The notes beneath the pieces were generated by a model. It worked only from the letters and a program-made list of their open reading frames with translations. It made no database searches and was not told the DNA's origin. Made by a program: the position numbers and the translations under genes. A DNA stretch of 64,000 nt. Source: Macrostomum lignano (lineage: Eukaryota). Shown piece after piece: positions 36,087-49,500 of the stretch. The DNA is taken from contig NIVC01002821.1 in NCBI GenBank assembly GCA_002269645.1, positions 1-64,000 of the forward strand. Reading direction: 5' to 3'. Positions within the stretch are counted from its first letter, which is position 1. Each line of letters opens with the position of its first letter.

Positions 36087-39000
36087 CCCTCTGGTAAATA
36101 AACCAGATAACACCACAAGATAATTTGCGAATCTTGTCAGATTCACTACCGATTTCCTTGTTTGAGGTGCGAAACTGGTGAAACCACCAGATTCGTCGAA
36201 AGGTAATTTTAGTGTTATCTGGTTTGACTGTTATCTGGTGAGTTATCTGAATTTCACCAGATAACATGGCCCGAATCTTGCTTAGAAATCAGATTACATG
36301 ACAAGATTCGCCACCAGATAATTTTTTGTTTTCTTGTTTTACTGTTATCTGGTGAGTTATCTGAATTTCACAGGATAACATAGTGCGAATCTTGTTTGAA
36401 AATCAGATAACAGTACAAGATTCGCCACCAGATAATTCTCTGTTATCTTGGTTGATCGAACCTTGTTTGAATCGGAATTTCACAGGATAACATGGCGTGA
36501 ATCTTGTTTAAAAAACAGATAACAGTACAAGATTTTAATCATGATAACTGTGTGTTATCTGGTCTGTAAGAAACCTGTGTGAATCTGAAATTTGCCGGAT
36601 AACATGATGCGAATCTTGTTTGCAAAGCAGATAATGGAAAAAGATTTCAATCAAGATGCCTTTGTGTTTTCCGGTCTGTAAGAACCCATTGTGCTTTTCA
36701 GCCAGAATTTTTTCCAGAATTTCGTGATCCGGGCCCGATTTATTAATTGATTTCCAAGTGAAGGCTTGGATCAGAATTTTTGGCCCGGAATAGCCCCTCT
36801 TTTGCGGAAAATTTGATCCTGCAAAAGTTCGGGAAAGGAAAAGCTGTTCCGGCTGGATTTTTCAAAATTTTTAACCTGGAACAGCTGCTGAATTCTAATT
36901 GCAGACCCAAATTTCAGGTTTTCCAAATGAAAATTTTCTGGATGAGATTTTGGGAGTTCAATCGGAATTCCTCAGCGATCTAGACCAAGTGATCCGGAAA
37001 ATCCACAGGGATCAGCTCCCATTGACAGGAATCTCAATGAAGTTACGGATAAGACTGGTCTTCCGTCTGTTGTGGCTTAAGGCAGCTGCTAAGCTGACCT
37101 GCGATGGATAATCAATCCTCGCTTCTGTTGTGGCTCAAGGCAGCTGCTAAGCTGACCTGCGATGGATAATCAATCCTCGCTTCTGTTGGGACTCAAGGCA
37201 GCTGCTAAGCTGACCTGCGATGGATAATCAATCCTCGCTTCTGTTGTGGCTCAAGGCAGCTGCTAAGCTGACCTGCGATGGATAATCAATCCTCGCTTCT
37301 GTTGTGGCTCAAGGCAGCTGCTAAGCTGACCGGCGATGGATAATCAATCCTCGCTTCTGTTGTGGCTCAAGGCAGCTGCTAAGCTGACCTGCGATGGATA
37401 ATCAATCCTCGCTTCTGTTGTGGCTCAAGGCAGCTGCTAAGCTGACCTGCGATGGATAATCAATCCTCGCTTCTGTTGTGGCTCAAGGCAGCTGCTAAGC
37501 TGACCTGCGATGGATAATCAATCCTCGCTTCTGTTGTGGCTCAAGGCAGCTGCTAAGCTGACCTGCGATGGATAATCAATCCTCGCTTCTGTTGTGGCTC
37601 AAGGCAGCTGCTAAGCTGACCTGCGATGGATAATCAATCCTCGCTTCTGTTGGGACTAAAGGCAGCTGCTAAGCTGACCTGCGAGGGGTAAAGTGCCATA
37701 TATCAGCAAACGCTAGCGCTCGTAATGTGAGGCCGTGCCCACCCTCCCTGCAGGTGATAGCTTTGTTGGCTCTCCGACAAACTATTGCATTTTTATTGTG
37801 CTGGAGAGGTTTGACTCCCAATGGCATGTAGTCTGTCGCGGTTACTTAGTGTATCAGATTACCCTATTATCTGGTGCAGCTGGGTGTCTAGATGGAGCTG
37901 TGGCATGGTTCCAAAAGCTCCTACTGGCCCAGTTCTAAGGTAGCCTTTTTTTAAGACAGACGTTATTCTAGCTCTTGCTAGAGCATGCTCCATTGGGTTG
38001 TCTAAAGCGTCTGCAGTGTTGGTGTATGGCCACCAGCGAGGGATAATGGAACCCCGCTTCAACCGATGAATCAGAGTTGAGCAGTTGACTGAAAATTCTG
38101 ACCTACGAGGGGTAATCAATCCTCGCGTCTGTTGTGGCTCAAGGCAGCTGCTTAGAGTAGTCACTTCTATTTGACTATGCGGGTCAATCTAATCCGAGGG
38201 GTAATAAAGCCTCGAAATTGCAAGGTGAATTGATCTGCTTTTCGGAGGCACTGTAGCGTCCGTAATGTGAGGCTGTGCACATCCTCCGTACAGGTGACAA
38301 TTGAAAAATTGTTGCGCCCTGATTGTGTGCGAGAGGTTTGACTTCCACTGGCATGTAGTCTATCACAGCTGCTTAGTGTGTCAACGGGCTGAATGATTCT
38401 ATCGTCATATTTGACGCTTAGAAGCATGAGTCAGCCAACCATATTGTTTGGCACAGCTGGGTGTCTAGACGGAGACTGTGGCATGGTTCCAAATAGCTCT
38501 AACTGGCCCAGTATGCAAAGCAGCTTTCCTATTAAGATAGACGCTAATCCGATTTTTGTCGGTGCATGCTCCATTGGTTTGTCTAAGGCGTTTGCAGTTG
38601 CACCAGCCGTAAGCAGATCAAGTCAAGAGAGTAGTCGTTACAGACTACGAGTGTCGGAAATCTTGTCGAGATTTAATAAATCCTCGAACAAGTCAAAAGA
38701 GTAGTCGTTACAGACTACGAGTGTCGGTAATCTTGTCAGCCACTTTTTCTGGAGGGTGTCACTGCTTCGAACGACGCAGTTGATGACGCCATTGGACGAT
38801 CGTCCATCGCACTAGCGACATCTGCAACGCCAAGTCGGTTGGATATTACCGTTGGCACACGGGATTGCGAAGATAATCATGTAAGAGTTTCCAGCGTAGT
38901 CGGCATTTCGTGGACGCAACGAAGCCAGCGCCGCGCGAGCCGGCGCATCAGATGATACACCATTCACTTTGTCTCCGGTCTACGAGCAGCCGATCAACGA

Positions 39001-40230
39001 AAGCCAGTTGATTCCGGATGTCGACTATGCAACGAATGACAATTCTATCGACGCAGCTGACATTACTAGTGAACAGTCTTACAATCTGGCAATGATTGTC
39101 GGCGAACCGTCGCTGTCTGTTAGAGCTAGACGATCGAGTGTGTATGTACATTACTGTTTCTTTATAACTGTGTATATTTCGGAGAAACTGCCTTCCATCG
39201 CCATTTAATTTAACTTTAATAATGCAGAGTCGTTCCATTGCGCCGGCATATAATGCAAGCCCCCGTCAGTGGTCTCATTAATCGCCTTCCGTGCGCGCGA
39301 CCCGATCTTTCAAACGTCTGACTCACGCGTCGACTGCCATCAGAGTCGCGTCCGAGTACAGCAGGTCCGACCTGCGACTCAGCACCAGATCGCAGCAGAT
39401 CATCAATTCAGTAGTATCAATTGGTATCCACAGTATAAGTAGGTCTACTTATAACTGAACCCCCAAAATCAGACGTATGCCACGCTGTTCTCCATAAGTT
39501 TCCGTTCCTGTTGAGCTACTGTTTAGTTTGTATAAGGCGCTTACAAATGACACCCCGCTGTTAAATAGATGCTACTCATAAAATCTTGAAGCACCAACTT
39601 TTTATACGCTTCTTTGCTGCGAAATTTGATGTCAATGCCTTCTGGATTTTTTCGCATGAATTACCCAACTGTTACCTGGTCAGCGAATCCTGTTTGCCAG
39701 ACAGGATAACAAACAAGATAACAAACAGGATAACACGATGTTTTCCTGCAGGATTCGCATGAATTACCCGACTGTTACCTGGTCAGCGAATCCTGTTTGC
39801 CAGACAAGATAACAAACAAGATAACAAACAGGATAACACGATGTTTTCCTGCAGGATTCGCATGAATTACCCGACTGTTACCTGGTCAGCGAATCCTGTT
39901 TGCCAGACAGGATAACACGATGTTTTCATGCAGGATTCGCATGAATTACCAGACTGTTACCTGGTCAGCGAATCCTGTTTGCCAGACAGGATAACAAACA
40001 AGATAACAAACAGGATAGCACGATGTTTTCCTGCAGGATTCGCATGAATTACCCGACTGTTACCTGGTCAATGAATCTTATTTGAATCTTGTTTGAAACA
40101 AGGAAACGTAAGATTTCGTCACGCAAACAGGATTCATACAAGATAACATTTTGCATAACCGGAATGGGGCATGTTATCTTGTTTGAGCGAAAGTTATCTT
40201 GTGATGTTATCTGGTTTATTTACCAGAGGG
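36087..40230. mobile_element. 4.1-kb non-autonomous TIR element, CMC/EnSpm-like
   Basis: ~36-bp near-perfect TIRs ccctctggtaaataaaccagataaca(c/t)cacaagataa; CCC...GGG ends; possible 2-bp TSD GC; long subterminal agataac/gaatcttg arrays (36100-36660, 39650-40230); no transposase seen. Confidence 0.75.
37060..37685. repeat. 58-bp tandem repeat, ~11 copies, inside the TIR element
   Basis: gataatcaatcctcgcttctgttgtggctcaaggcagctgctaagctgacctgcgatg; period 58 (copies at 37081 and 37139). Confidence 0.95.
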
Positions 40231-41088
40231 GCCGAATGGAGACGCTGTCAAGGCCCATGACGACCTGTAGAGCGCTTGCCGAGGAAGAGATCTCTCGTAT
40301 GAAGAGTTCCCTGCTGCGCTACGCAATAGACATGTCTATAATATGCATAAACTATCACAGACCTGATCGCTCGCGCTGGCTTCCCAGAACCGAGCTCCCC
40401 ATATCCATAAACTTCGTCAAATGCTACATGTACTTGGACAATGGACACTGCCTGAGCAGTTACGGACACTGTCACGGCCCCCCAAGGTCGCTTTACACTC
40501 CTGTATTAGTGTCTGTGTGTACGACTGCGTACGTATCCGCGCACTCGTGGGGTGGCTTTTTGCCTGCTCAAGGGAGTCGGCGGAACGAGCAGTAATGCCT
40601 CTCGCCAGCTGTACGACAATAATGTCGCTTAAAGCGCGCCAGGGTGCACACAGCCCTCTGCTTCTAATCTAACAAAATACATACATACTCGTACCTTTAC
40701 AATCTGAAGATTTTGAATCGACAAAGATATGCCAGATTTTGAGACGGAAAAGCGGCCAAAAAGCCTTAAAGCCGATTCCAACTGTGGCTTTAACGTCTTG
40801 AAAGACGTCCCAGCTGGCTGCGACGATTTGTACAGCAAATACAAGGGACAATCGAATGATCAGTAAGCGTGACAGGTGATCGAATGCTGGATGCGCTGGC
40901 AGGTGAAAAAATCAAAAGGTGACCGCTGACGGCGGAGACGATAAAAAATGAATAAAACTTGTCAGAATCACACGAGTTAGGCCAGAAAATTCTGTTTTAA
41001 AAATGCCCAGCTTGAATTGCCAGCCGAGTTATCGATTTGCTGTGGCTCGTATATCTGCAATGCACTAATCATTGATGCCAAATGCACA

Positions 41089-43630
41089 TCAGGTAATTGC
41101 TGAACCAACTTCGCTATCAACAACAATGTCTGGGCGAGACACCAGCTTCTTTTCTGCCTCATCAAGCAGCGGCTCGCTGGCGGCCAGCAGCGGATCGGCA
41201 GCCGGACGGTAGTCGGGGACGCGGACTCGCAGGCGGTGCGCCAGAGCCCGGCACACCGAGTCGCAGTCCGCCCGGATGGCCACCTGGGCGCGGCGGTCGA
41301 ATGGCGTCGCCTGCAGGTTGACGATGGCCAGAGGCGTGCCTGGCGGCCACAGCGAGGGGTAGTGGCGCAGCACCTGGCGGCGGGTAGAAATGGGGGGTGG
41401 CAGATCAGCGGGAAGAACTGCGGGAGGGGTGGCAGATCAGCGGGTAGAACTGGGGGAGGGGTGGCAGATCAGCGGGTAGAACTGGGGGAGGGGTGGCAGA
41501 TCAGCGGGTAGAACTGCGGGAGGGGTGGCAGATCAGCGGGAAGAACTGGGGGGGGGGTGGCAGATCAGCGGGTAGAACTGGGGGAGGGGTGGCAGATCAG
41601 CGGGTAGAAATGGGGGAGGGGTGGCAGATCAGCGGGAAGAACTGAGGGGTGGCAGATCAGCCGGAAGAACTGGGGGGGGGGTGGCAGATCAGCGGGAAGA
41701 ACTGGGGGGGGTGGCAGATCAGCGGGAAGAACTGGGGGGGGGGGGTGGCAGATCAGCGGGAAGAACTGAGGGGTGGCAGATCAGCGGGTAGAACTGGGGG
41801 GTGGGTGGCAGATCAGCGGGTAGAACAGAGGGAGGGGTGGCAGATCAGCGGGAAGAACTGGCAGCGGGGAGGTCAGGAAGCGGAGCCCAGGCCCACCTGC
41901 AAGCTGGTGCCCAGACACAGGATGAGGCGGGCCCGGCTGGCGGCAGCCTCCGCGGCCCGCCACTCATAGACTCGATCGGCGGTGCAGCGGCGGCCGAACT
42001 CGCCGAAGTGTACGATGGTGTCCAGCAGCCGTCCAGTGCAGCCGCCGCTGCCGCAGACCCGGCCGGTGTCGTGCCGACGCAGGCGGCTGCGCTCGGTGAC
42101 GTCAAAGCGGCGGCGGACCAGGCGGCCACAGAGCTCGCAGGCCTCCACAAAGACGTTGCCGTGCAGCTCGGAGAGGCGGCTGGGCGGCACCCCAGATCGA
42201 AGATGGAGCCCGTCGCAGTTCTGCGAGACCACGTGACAGACAAGCGGCAGCTGGACTGGGGTTTCAGCGGGTTCATGCGCTGATGGTGAAGGGAGACCAA
42301 TTGAAGATGATGAAGCTGAGGCGGCTGGGAGACCAGCCGAAGATGATGAAGCTGAGGCTGGGAGACCAGTCGACGAGGATGAAGCTGAGGAAGCTGGGAG
42401 ACCAGCCGAAGATGATGAAGCTGAGGCGGCTGGGAGACCAACCGATGATGATGAAGCTGAGGCGTCTGGGAGACCAACCGATGATGATGAAGCTGAGGAG
42501 GCTGGGAGACCAGCCGAAGATGATGAAGCTGATGCGGCTGGGAGACCAACCGACGATGATGAAGTAGAGGTTAAAAGTTCAGGCGTAACCAACGATGAGG
42601 CTGAGGAGGCTGAGCCTTCCGCTGACGAAGCCACTGCGGACTCTGAGCAGCCCACCAGTGCAGCGATGAAGCGGTGCGCAAAGGTGGGCCGGGCGGCCTC
42701 CACGCCGGGCAGGCAGAAGCGCGGCAGGGCGCCACGAGGCAGCCGCGTCCACAGGCCGTCAGGGCCACGGTAGTCGGGGATGTCAGCGGCCGTGCTGACG
42801 CCGGCGCCCGTGTACACCACGCAGCCTCCGGCGGCGCAGCCTGCCAAGAGACTCGCCAGCTGCTCGACTTTGGCGGAAACCTCCGGTGCAGAATCTGGCG
42901 TCTCGGTGCGGCGCGATCGGCGCGCAGCTCGGACGGCGCGCCCGCGAAGGAGGCGCGCGGTGAGCGACTCGCAGACTTCGGCATGACGCTGCAGTTCGGC
43001 CTCCTCGGCTGGCGTCAGCGACTCGCCGTCCAGGCTGCGGCGTGCGAGGCGGCGAAGCTGCGCGGGGTGCAGCAGTGGGAGGGGCGGTCAGTCAGCAGCT
43101 GGTAAATCAGGGGGTGCAGCAGTGGGAGGGGCGGTCAGTCAGCAGCTGGTAAATCAGGGGGTGCAGCAGTGGGAGGGGCGGTCAGTCAGCAGCTGGTAAA
43201 TCAGGGGGTGCAGCAGCGGGAGGGGCGGTCAGTCAGCAGCTGGTAAATCAGGGGGTGCAGCAGTGGGAGGGGCGGTCAGTCAGCAGCTGGTAAATCAGGA
43301 GGTGCAGCAGTGGGAGGGGCGGTCAGTCAGCAGCTGGTAAATCAGGGGGTGCAGCAGTGGGAGGGGCGGTCAGTCAGCAGCTGGTAAATCAGGGGGTGCA
43401 GCAGTGGGAGGGGCGGTCAGTCAGCAGCTGGTAAATCAGGGGGTGCAGCAGTGGGAGGGGCGGTCAGTCAGCAGCTGGCAACTCAAAGACAGTTTGCTCA
43501 CCTTGGCCTGCAGCACTCGAGTTTCAGTCAGCCGTTTCCTGTCGAGGGCGCAAGATCGAGTTGAGCCGGACCGCTGCGGGGTGGCCGGGCTCCGCTTTCC
43601 CCCTTCGCTTTGATCATCGGGGCTGTCCAT
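41089..43630 (-). CDS. SIRT7: Class IV sirtuin, SIRT7-like NAD-dependent deacylase
   Basis: Exons 43630-43502, 43057-41897 (possibly containing an extra intron) and 41373-41089. Motifs VYTGAGVSTAADIPDYRGPDGLWT, VVSQNCDGLHLRSG, SELHGN, CELC...CGSGGC, FDVTERSRLRRHDTGR, DTIVHFGE, LGTSLQVLRHYPSLW, IVNLQATP. Confidence 0.92.
41385..41862. repeat. G-rich ~30-bp minisatellite in the last SIRT7 intron
   Basis: ggggtggcagatcagcggg(t/a)agaactggggg units abutting the acceptor. Confidence 0.9.
43060..43478. repeat. 47-bp minisatellite in SIRT7 intron 1
   Basis: gcagcagtgggaggggcggtcagtcagcagctggtaaatcagggggt, ~9 copies. Confidence 0.95.
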
Positions 43631-44039
43631 GCGACTGAGCTGCCATGAAATGCAGATTAGAGTACAAGACAGCTTTACTGAATGTCAACACTCAGTATAT
43701 GGCCTGCTTATGGACTGCTCAAAAGCTACTTACCCCCGTGTCGGGGTGCACTTAAAGTGCATTCAGTGGTTATTCTAGTCAGGGGATTCTTATAGTGTTT
43801 AGGGCCTGTTCACAGTGTGCTCAGGACCTTTTTACAGTGTGCTTAAGACTGTTTACAGTGTGCTCAGGGCCTGTTTACAGTGTGTTCAGGACTGTCTACA
43901 GTGTGATTAGGGTCTGTACAATGTGTTCAGGGCCTTTTTATAGTGCATTTAGGAGCTGTTTACAGGGTGTTCATGGTCTGTTAATAGTGTGTTTAAAGTG
44001 CACCGGTATACAATAACTTAAGGGCCTATTTCCTGTGTT

Positions 44040-44610
44040 TTAAGGGCTGTTCACAGGCTGTTTAGGGCTGCTGACAGTGTGTTTAGGGCTGCTGAAAGTG
44101 TGTTTAGGGCAGTTGACAGGCTGTTTAGGGCAGTTGACAGGCTGTTTAGGGCTGCTGACAGTGTGTTTAGGGCAGTTGACAGGCTGTTTAGGGCAGTTGA
44201 CAGGCTGTTTAGGGCAGTTGACAGTCTGTTTAGGGCAGTTGACAGGCTGTTTAGGGCAGTTGACAGTGTGTTTAGGGCAGTTGACAGGCTGTTTAGGGCA
44301 GTTGACAGGCTGTTTAGGGCAGTTGACAGTCTGTTTAGGGCAGTTGACAGGCTGTTTAGGGCAGTTGACAGTCTGTTTAGGGCTGTTGACAGTGTGTTAA
44401 GGGCAGTTGACAGGCTGTTTAGAGCTGTTGACAGTGTGTTAAGGGCAGTTGACAGGCTGTTTAGGGCAGTTGACAGGCTGTTTAGGGCAGTTGACAGGCT
44501 GTTTAGGGCAGTTGACAGGCTGTTTAGGGCAGTTGACAGGCTGTTTAGGGCTGTTGACAGTGTGTTTAGGGCAGTTGACAGGCTGTTTAGGGCTGCTGAC
44601 AGTGTGTTTA
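44040..44610. repeat. 21-bp minisatellite containing TTAGGG
   Basis: tttagggcagttgacaggctg units. Confidence 0.9.
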
Positions 44611-45879
44611 GGTGTCAACCCTCTGTTGACAGGGTCTTTGGGGACTCAAAGTAACTTTCTGAAGGCTTTGACCTAGAGACGCGCTCTCTGACTCCCCCCC
44701 CTTTCTGGCAACTGCGTGGCTGGCGAGTGAAGTACTTTGTTGTTGTTGACAGGGTGTTTAGGGCCTTACAGTGCCCGCAGTGAGGGTTGGTAGCAGCTAA
44801 AAAAGGGTTTACGAACTTCAAGGTCCCAAATAATAAAAACAAACTAAACTACAATTACAATTGTCGACACAAGCGAGTATTCCTCATAGTGATAAACTCA
44901 TACGAGTATATTTTTTATTTGACATATTTCCCAGAAATCCTGACACGGGGAAGTTCAACTTGCATAAACAAGGGGGTCAAAGCCACACGCAGAGGGTAAT
45001 AGGTATTTAGCGTAAGAAACAGTAAAATAAATCGCAATATCCAACTAGATAGTTTTGCAATTTTTGAATTAGTTCAAGGTTCGATTGACTAATATAAAGT
45101 ATTGCCACTTATTACAGGAGAGCAGCTGTACTTTTACTTGACAGTTTACTAACTATAAAAAATAAAAGTACAAACGCAGTCTGGAAACAGGAAACATGGA
45201 AACAAGCCATGGAAACAGCTTGTAAATAGGAATACATAGGAACTTAACCAATACAAAGACTTGCGTGCAATACTACTAGCTCAGAGAATAGTAAGTAGCA
45301 CAGCACAATACATAGGCTAACATCATTTTTGGCCAATTTTATAACCTACAATTTTAAGGGAGAATTAAAAAAAACGAGATAAAAGTACAGCTCAACATTT
45401 ATATTAATAAATAAAAGTTATAAATCGATGTTCACAGCTACTAAAAGTAGTTGATTAGCATGCGAGCGGAATATTAGCGCGGTACGATATAAATACGCTG
45501 ATAAAAGGCTAATAAAGAAGGCGGGAAAGTCAGCAGCCATGCGTGGAGGGGAGCACACTGCAGGGACTAAAAGAACCCAAATCAATTAATTCGCAAGGTA
45601 AAAATCGCGTACATTTAGGCTGCACAGAGATCGATGAAGGACTGACCCGTGCAGACGGCAGGGACAAAATAATCAAATTCTATTTGCAACGGAGAATCTT
45701 CAGGAAAATCAGGAAAGCTCTAAAATCTGAAATTGCAGCGGAATTGCAGCGGAATTGTGAGCGTAAAATTCCGCGTGAGCTGCCGCTCTGATTTTTACAT
45801 ACACAGGTATATATGGCTGACACCTTGCCAATGTTGCTTTTGCTGAGCGTATCTTCTAGGACTTACCCTACAAATAAAA

Positions 45880-46470
45880 AATCCTGCTCAGAATCTCACC
45901 CAAAGAGCTCATAACTCTGCTCAGAATCTCACCCAATGATTTCATAATCCTGCTCAGAATCTCACCCAATGATTTCATAATTCTGCTCAGAATCTCACCC
46001 AATGATTTTATAATCCTGCTCAGAATCTCACCCATTGATTTCATAATTCTGCTCAGAATCTCACCCAATGATTTCATAATTCTGCTCAGAATCTCACCCA
46101 ATGATTTCATAATTCTGCTCAGAATCTCACCCAATGAGTTCACAATCCTGCTCAGAATCTCACCCAATGAGTTATTCTGCTCAGAATCTCACCCAATGAT
46201 TTCATATAATTCTGCTTAGAATCTCACCCAATGATTTCATATAATTCTGCTCAGAATCTCACCCAATGATTTCATATAATTCTGCTCAGAATCTCACCCA
46301 ATGATTTCATATAATTCTGCTCAGAATCTCACCCAATGATTTCATATAATTCTGCTCAGAATCTCACCCAATGATTTCATATAATTCTGCTCACAATCTC
46401 ACCCAATGATTTCATAATTCTGCTCAGAATCTCACTCAATGATTTCATATAATCCTGCTCAGAATCTCAA
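45880..46470. repeat. 33/35-bp minisatellite downstream of MINPP1
   Basis: ctgctcagaatctcacccaatgatttcat(at)aatt units. Confidence 0.9.
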
Positions 46471-46572
46471 TCCCACAGTATCAATCAAAACAATCCGACA
46501 GCTCAGGCAAAGAATAAAAACTCAATTCAAGCAGTGCTGCTCTGCCGAAGCACAGCAGGAGGCTGCCAGCCC

Positions 46573-49500
46573 CTACAACTCGTCGCGAGCACCGGCCTTG
46601 TGCGCGCACACAGCCTCAAAGTCGAAGCTCTGGGGGCACTGGCTGTCCAGCATCCTGAGCACGTCATCCAGCGGGCATCTGTAATGATTGCACAGAGTCC
46701 AGAACAGCGGCGACTCGTTCAGCGCCGGCTGCACGTACAGGCCGCCGTCCTGGCAGCTGAGCAGCGATAGCGCGAAATTGGCGCCGAACGGGACCAGGCG
46801 GGAGGCGCGGAATTGGCGCGATTGACGATGCGCCGCGTAGGACTCGTGCGTGAGATGGTGCGGGTCTTTGAAGAGGCCGAGCCTGACACGAAGTGTGTTT
46901 GTTAAGCATTAGTTGCGAGTGATACTACTTGCAGCAGTTCGGGAGATTTTCTTGTCCCTGAACTTAACATTTAAATGTGGCGCCAAATTTCTGCAGCTCC
47001 CTGACACAAATGTGGCGCCCAAGTTCTGCAGCTCCCTGACACATGTGGCACCCAATTTCTGCAGTTTCCTGACACAAATGTGGCACCCAAGTTCTGCAGC
47101 TCCCTGACACAAATGTGGCACCCAAGTTCTGCAGTTTCCTGACACAAATGTGGCACCCAAGTTCTGCAGCTCCCTGACACAAATGTGGCACCCAAGTTCT
47201 GCAGCTCCCTGACACAAATGTGGCACCCAAGTTCTGCAGCTGCCTGACACAAATGTGGCACCCAAGTTCTGCAGTTTCCTGACACAAATGTGGCACCCAA
47301 GTTCTGCAGCTCCCTGACACAAATGTGGCACCCAAGTTCTGCAGTTTCCTGACACAAATGTGGCACCCAAGTTCTGCAGCTCCCTGACACAAATGTGGCG
47401 CCCAAGTTCTGCAGTTTCCTGACACAATTGTGGCGCCGAAGTTCTGCAGTTTCCTGACACAATTGTGGCGCCGAAGTTCTGCAGCTCCCTGACACAAATG
47501 TGGGACCCAAGTTCTGCAGTTTCCCAACAGAAATAGTAAAAACAAGAGGAGCTCACCTGGCCATGACGGGAAAAAGAGTCTCAGCGTGCCCAAAGTACAG
47601 CACAGTGGAATTCGCCACTGGCGCCTGCGCCGAAGCGGCGCCTCCCGCCCGCTCACGCTGGGCTGCTCGGACCAAATTGGCGGCCAGGTCGGAGACCAGC
47701 GGGCAGGCGATGAGGCTGCTGAGGTCGTAGCCGTGAGACTTGCGCCAGTAGTGCTTCAGGTCTGGTGGGAGGACGGGTAAAGCAAGACTTTGTCAGTACA
47801 ACTGGGGATCTGGGAGGCTGGCCCAGCAACTGAAGATCTGGGAGGCTGGCCCAGCAACTGAAGATCTGGGAGGCTGGCCCAGCAACTGAGGATCTGGGAG
47901 GCCGGCCCAGCAACTGAAGATCTGGGAGGCTGGCCCAGCAACTGAAGATCTGGGAGGCTGGCCCAGCAACTGAGGATCTGGGAGGCTGGCCCAGCAACTG
48001 AGGATCTGGGAGGCTGGCCCAACCCAAGAATCCAGTTGTGGGAAAGCAATCCGAAAAACTCACCCAGCAGGAATTCCACAGCCTCGTGCGCATCCGGGTC
48101 CTGCACCAGCCGGCACCAGGGACTGTCGCCAGGCACGGTGAGGTTGTTGGCCATCTCCATGCCGCACAGGCTGAAGGCCATGGCCAGGTCGGCTGGGCTC
48201 AGGTCGATGTCCGTTAGGCCCAGCCGCTCCTGGGCCGCCTTGGCTGCGGCGCGGAGTTCCGGCCCGGCCATGAACTTCCGGTACTCCCGCTTGCCGTCCG
48301 GCCCGTCGTCAATAGTGGCCTGTTGGTGAGGCATTAAAGCAACTCAATAAGTAGCTAGTAGCGAAAAAACAGCCGATATGTATCGACAATATAAAAGATG
48401 GCCTACTGGAGAGTAGCAACATAAGAATTTTAAGTGTCTTTTATAATGCATGCGAAAAAGTAGCGCACGGATCGTTAAATTGAACTTATGAAGTCGTGAA
48501 CGCGTGTATACATGCGCAACAGTATTTGGCGGCCAACCAAGGTAAGTCGCAAAAATGCCCACTAGAAGGAATACAGACGTAGTACTAATTAGATGACGAT
48601 GCATTTAGCCTTAATAGGACAGTAATAGTTACTCTTGCCGTTTACCCAAAATTGCGTTAAGCTTCTTTTACAGGTAAGTCGCATGGCCGACCGAATTTTG
48701 GAGGTTGCGCATGTATGATTACGCGTGTGTCCACAGGTGAGGCCTGGCTCACCAGTGAAGACCAGCAGACAAAGATTCAAGACTCAGAGACCGATCTCAC
48801 TTTTGGAGGCACATGCAGAAGTTCACAGATAGCGTTAGAGTTAGTACAGCTAGCTGCCGATATGTATCGATAAATTACTTGAACAACAAAGTCAACAAAC
48901 AGGCACAAAACACTGCGCACCTTAAACTTGTGGCAGTCGTCGTAGAACCGGATGTGCGCATCGGCAACCCGCACGGCGATGTCAGCGTCAGTCAGGCCGG
49001 CCCCGTGCAGGAAACTCTTGGCACTTTCGAAGGCCCGATCCGAGCTGGAGCTGAGCACCGCCACGGACTCGTGGCTGGCTAGCAAGTTCGGATAGCGCAG
49101 GGCGATTCGGCTGCCAAGCAGCTCGTGCTCCTGGTGGCCCACATTGCTGAGACTCTTGCCGCCGCCAGTCAGGGCGAACGGGCTCGACCAGCCCGTGGCC
49201 GTCTTGGCGAACGCCGGCTCCGAGCGGAAGGCGCTGGCCAGGCGGTGCAGAACCACCTCGGCGCGTCTCACCTGCGCGATATGGCAGGGGGTTTTGCAAC
49301 AGACTCTACTGGCATTGCACTGATATTGAGATACTATAAAGCTACTGACCACAAACTTGAGATAATCACATCCTGAAGCTGCATCTAGACTGTCCCAAAA
49401 TTGACCCACTCATCTTGAAGCTATCACAAAATAAGAATGATTATCCGGAAGCTACCAACAACCTAACACAACCATCCCTGAAGCTACCAACAACCTAACA

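Noticed and set aside
37060-37685. Regular arrays resembling CRISPR
   Set aside because: Head-to-tail units with no unique spacers, no cas genes, and a eukaryotic context.
40248-40475. Kinase-like GELGSGK and HSP90-like ELFIREISSSASAL strings on the minus strand
   Set aside because: Short, in different frames and with no continuing domain motifs; likely chance.
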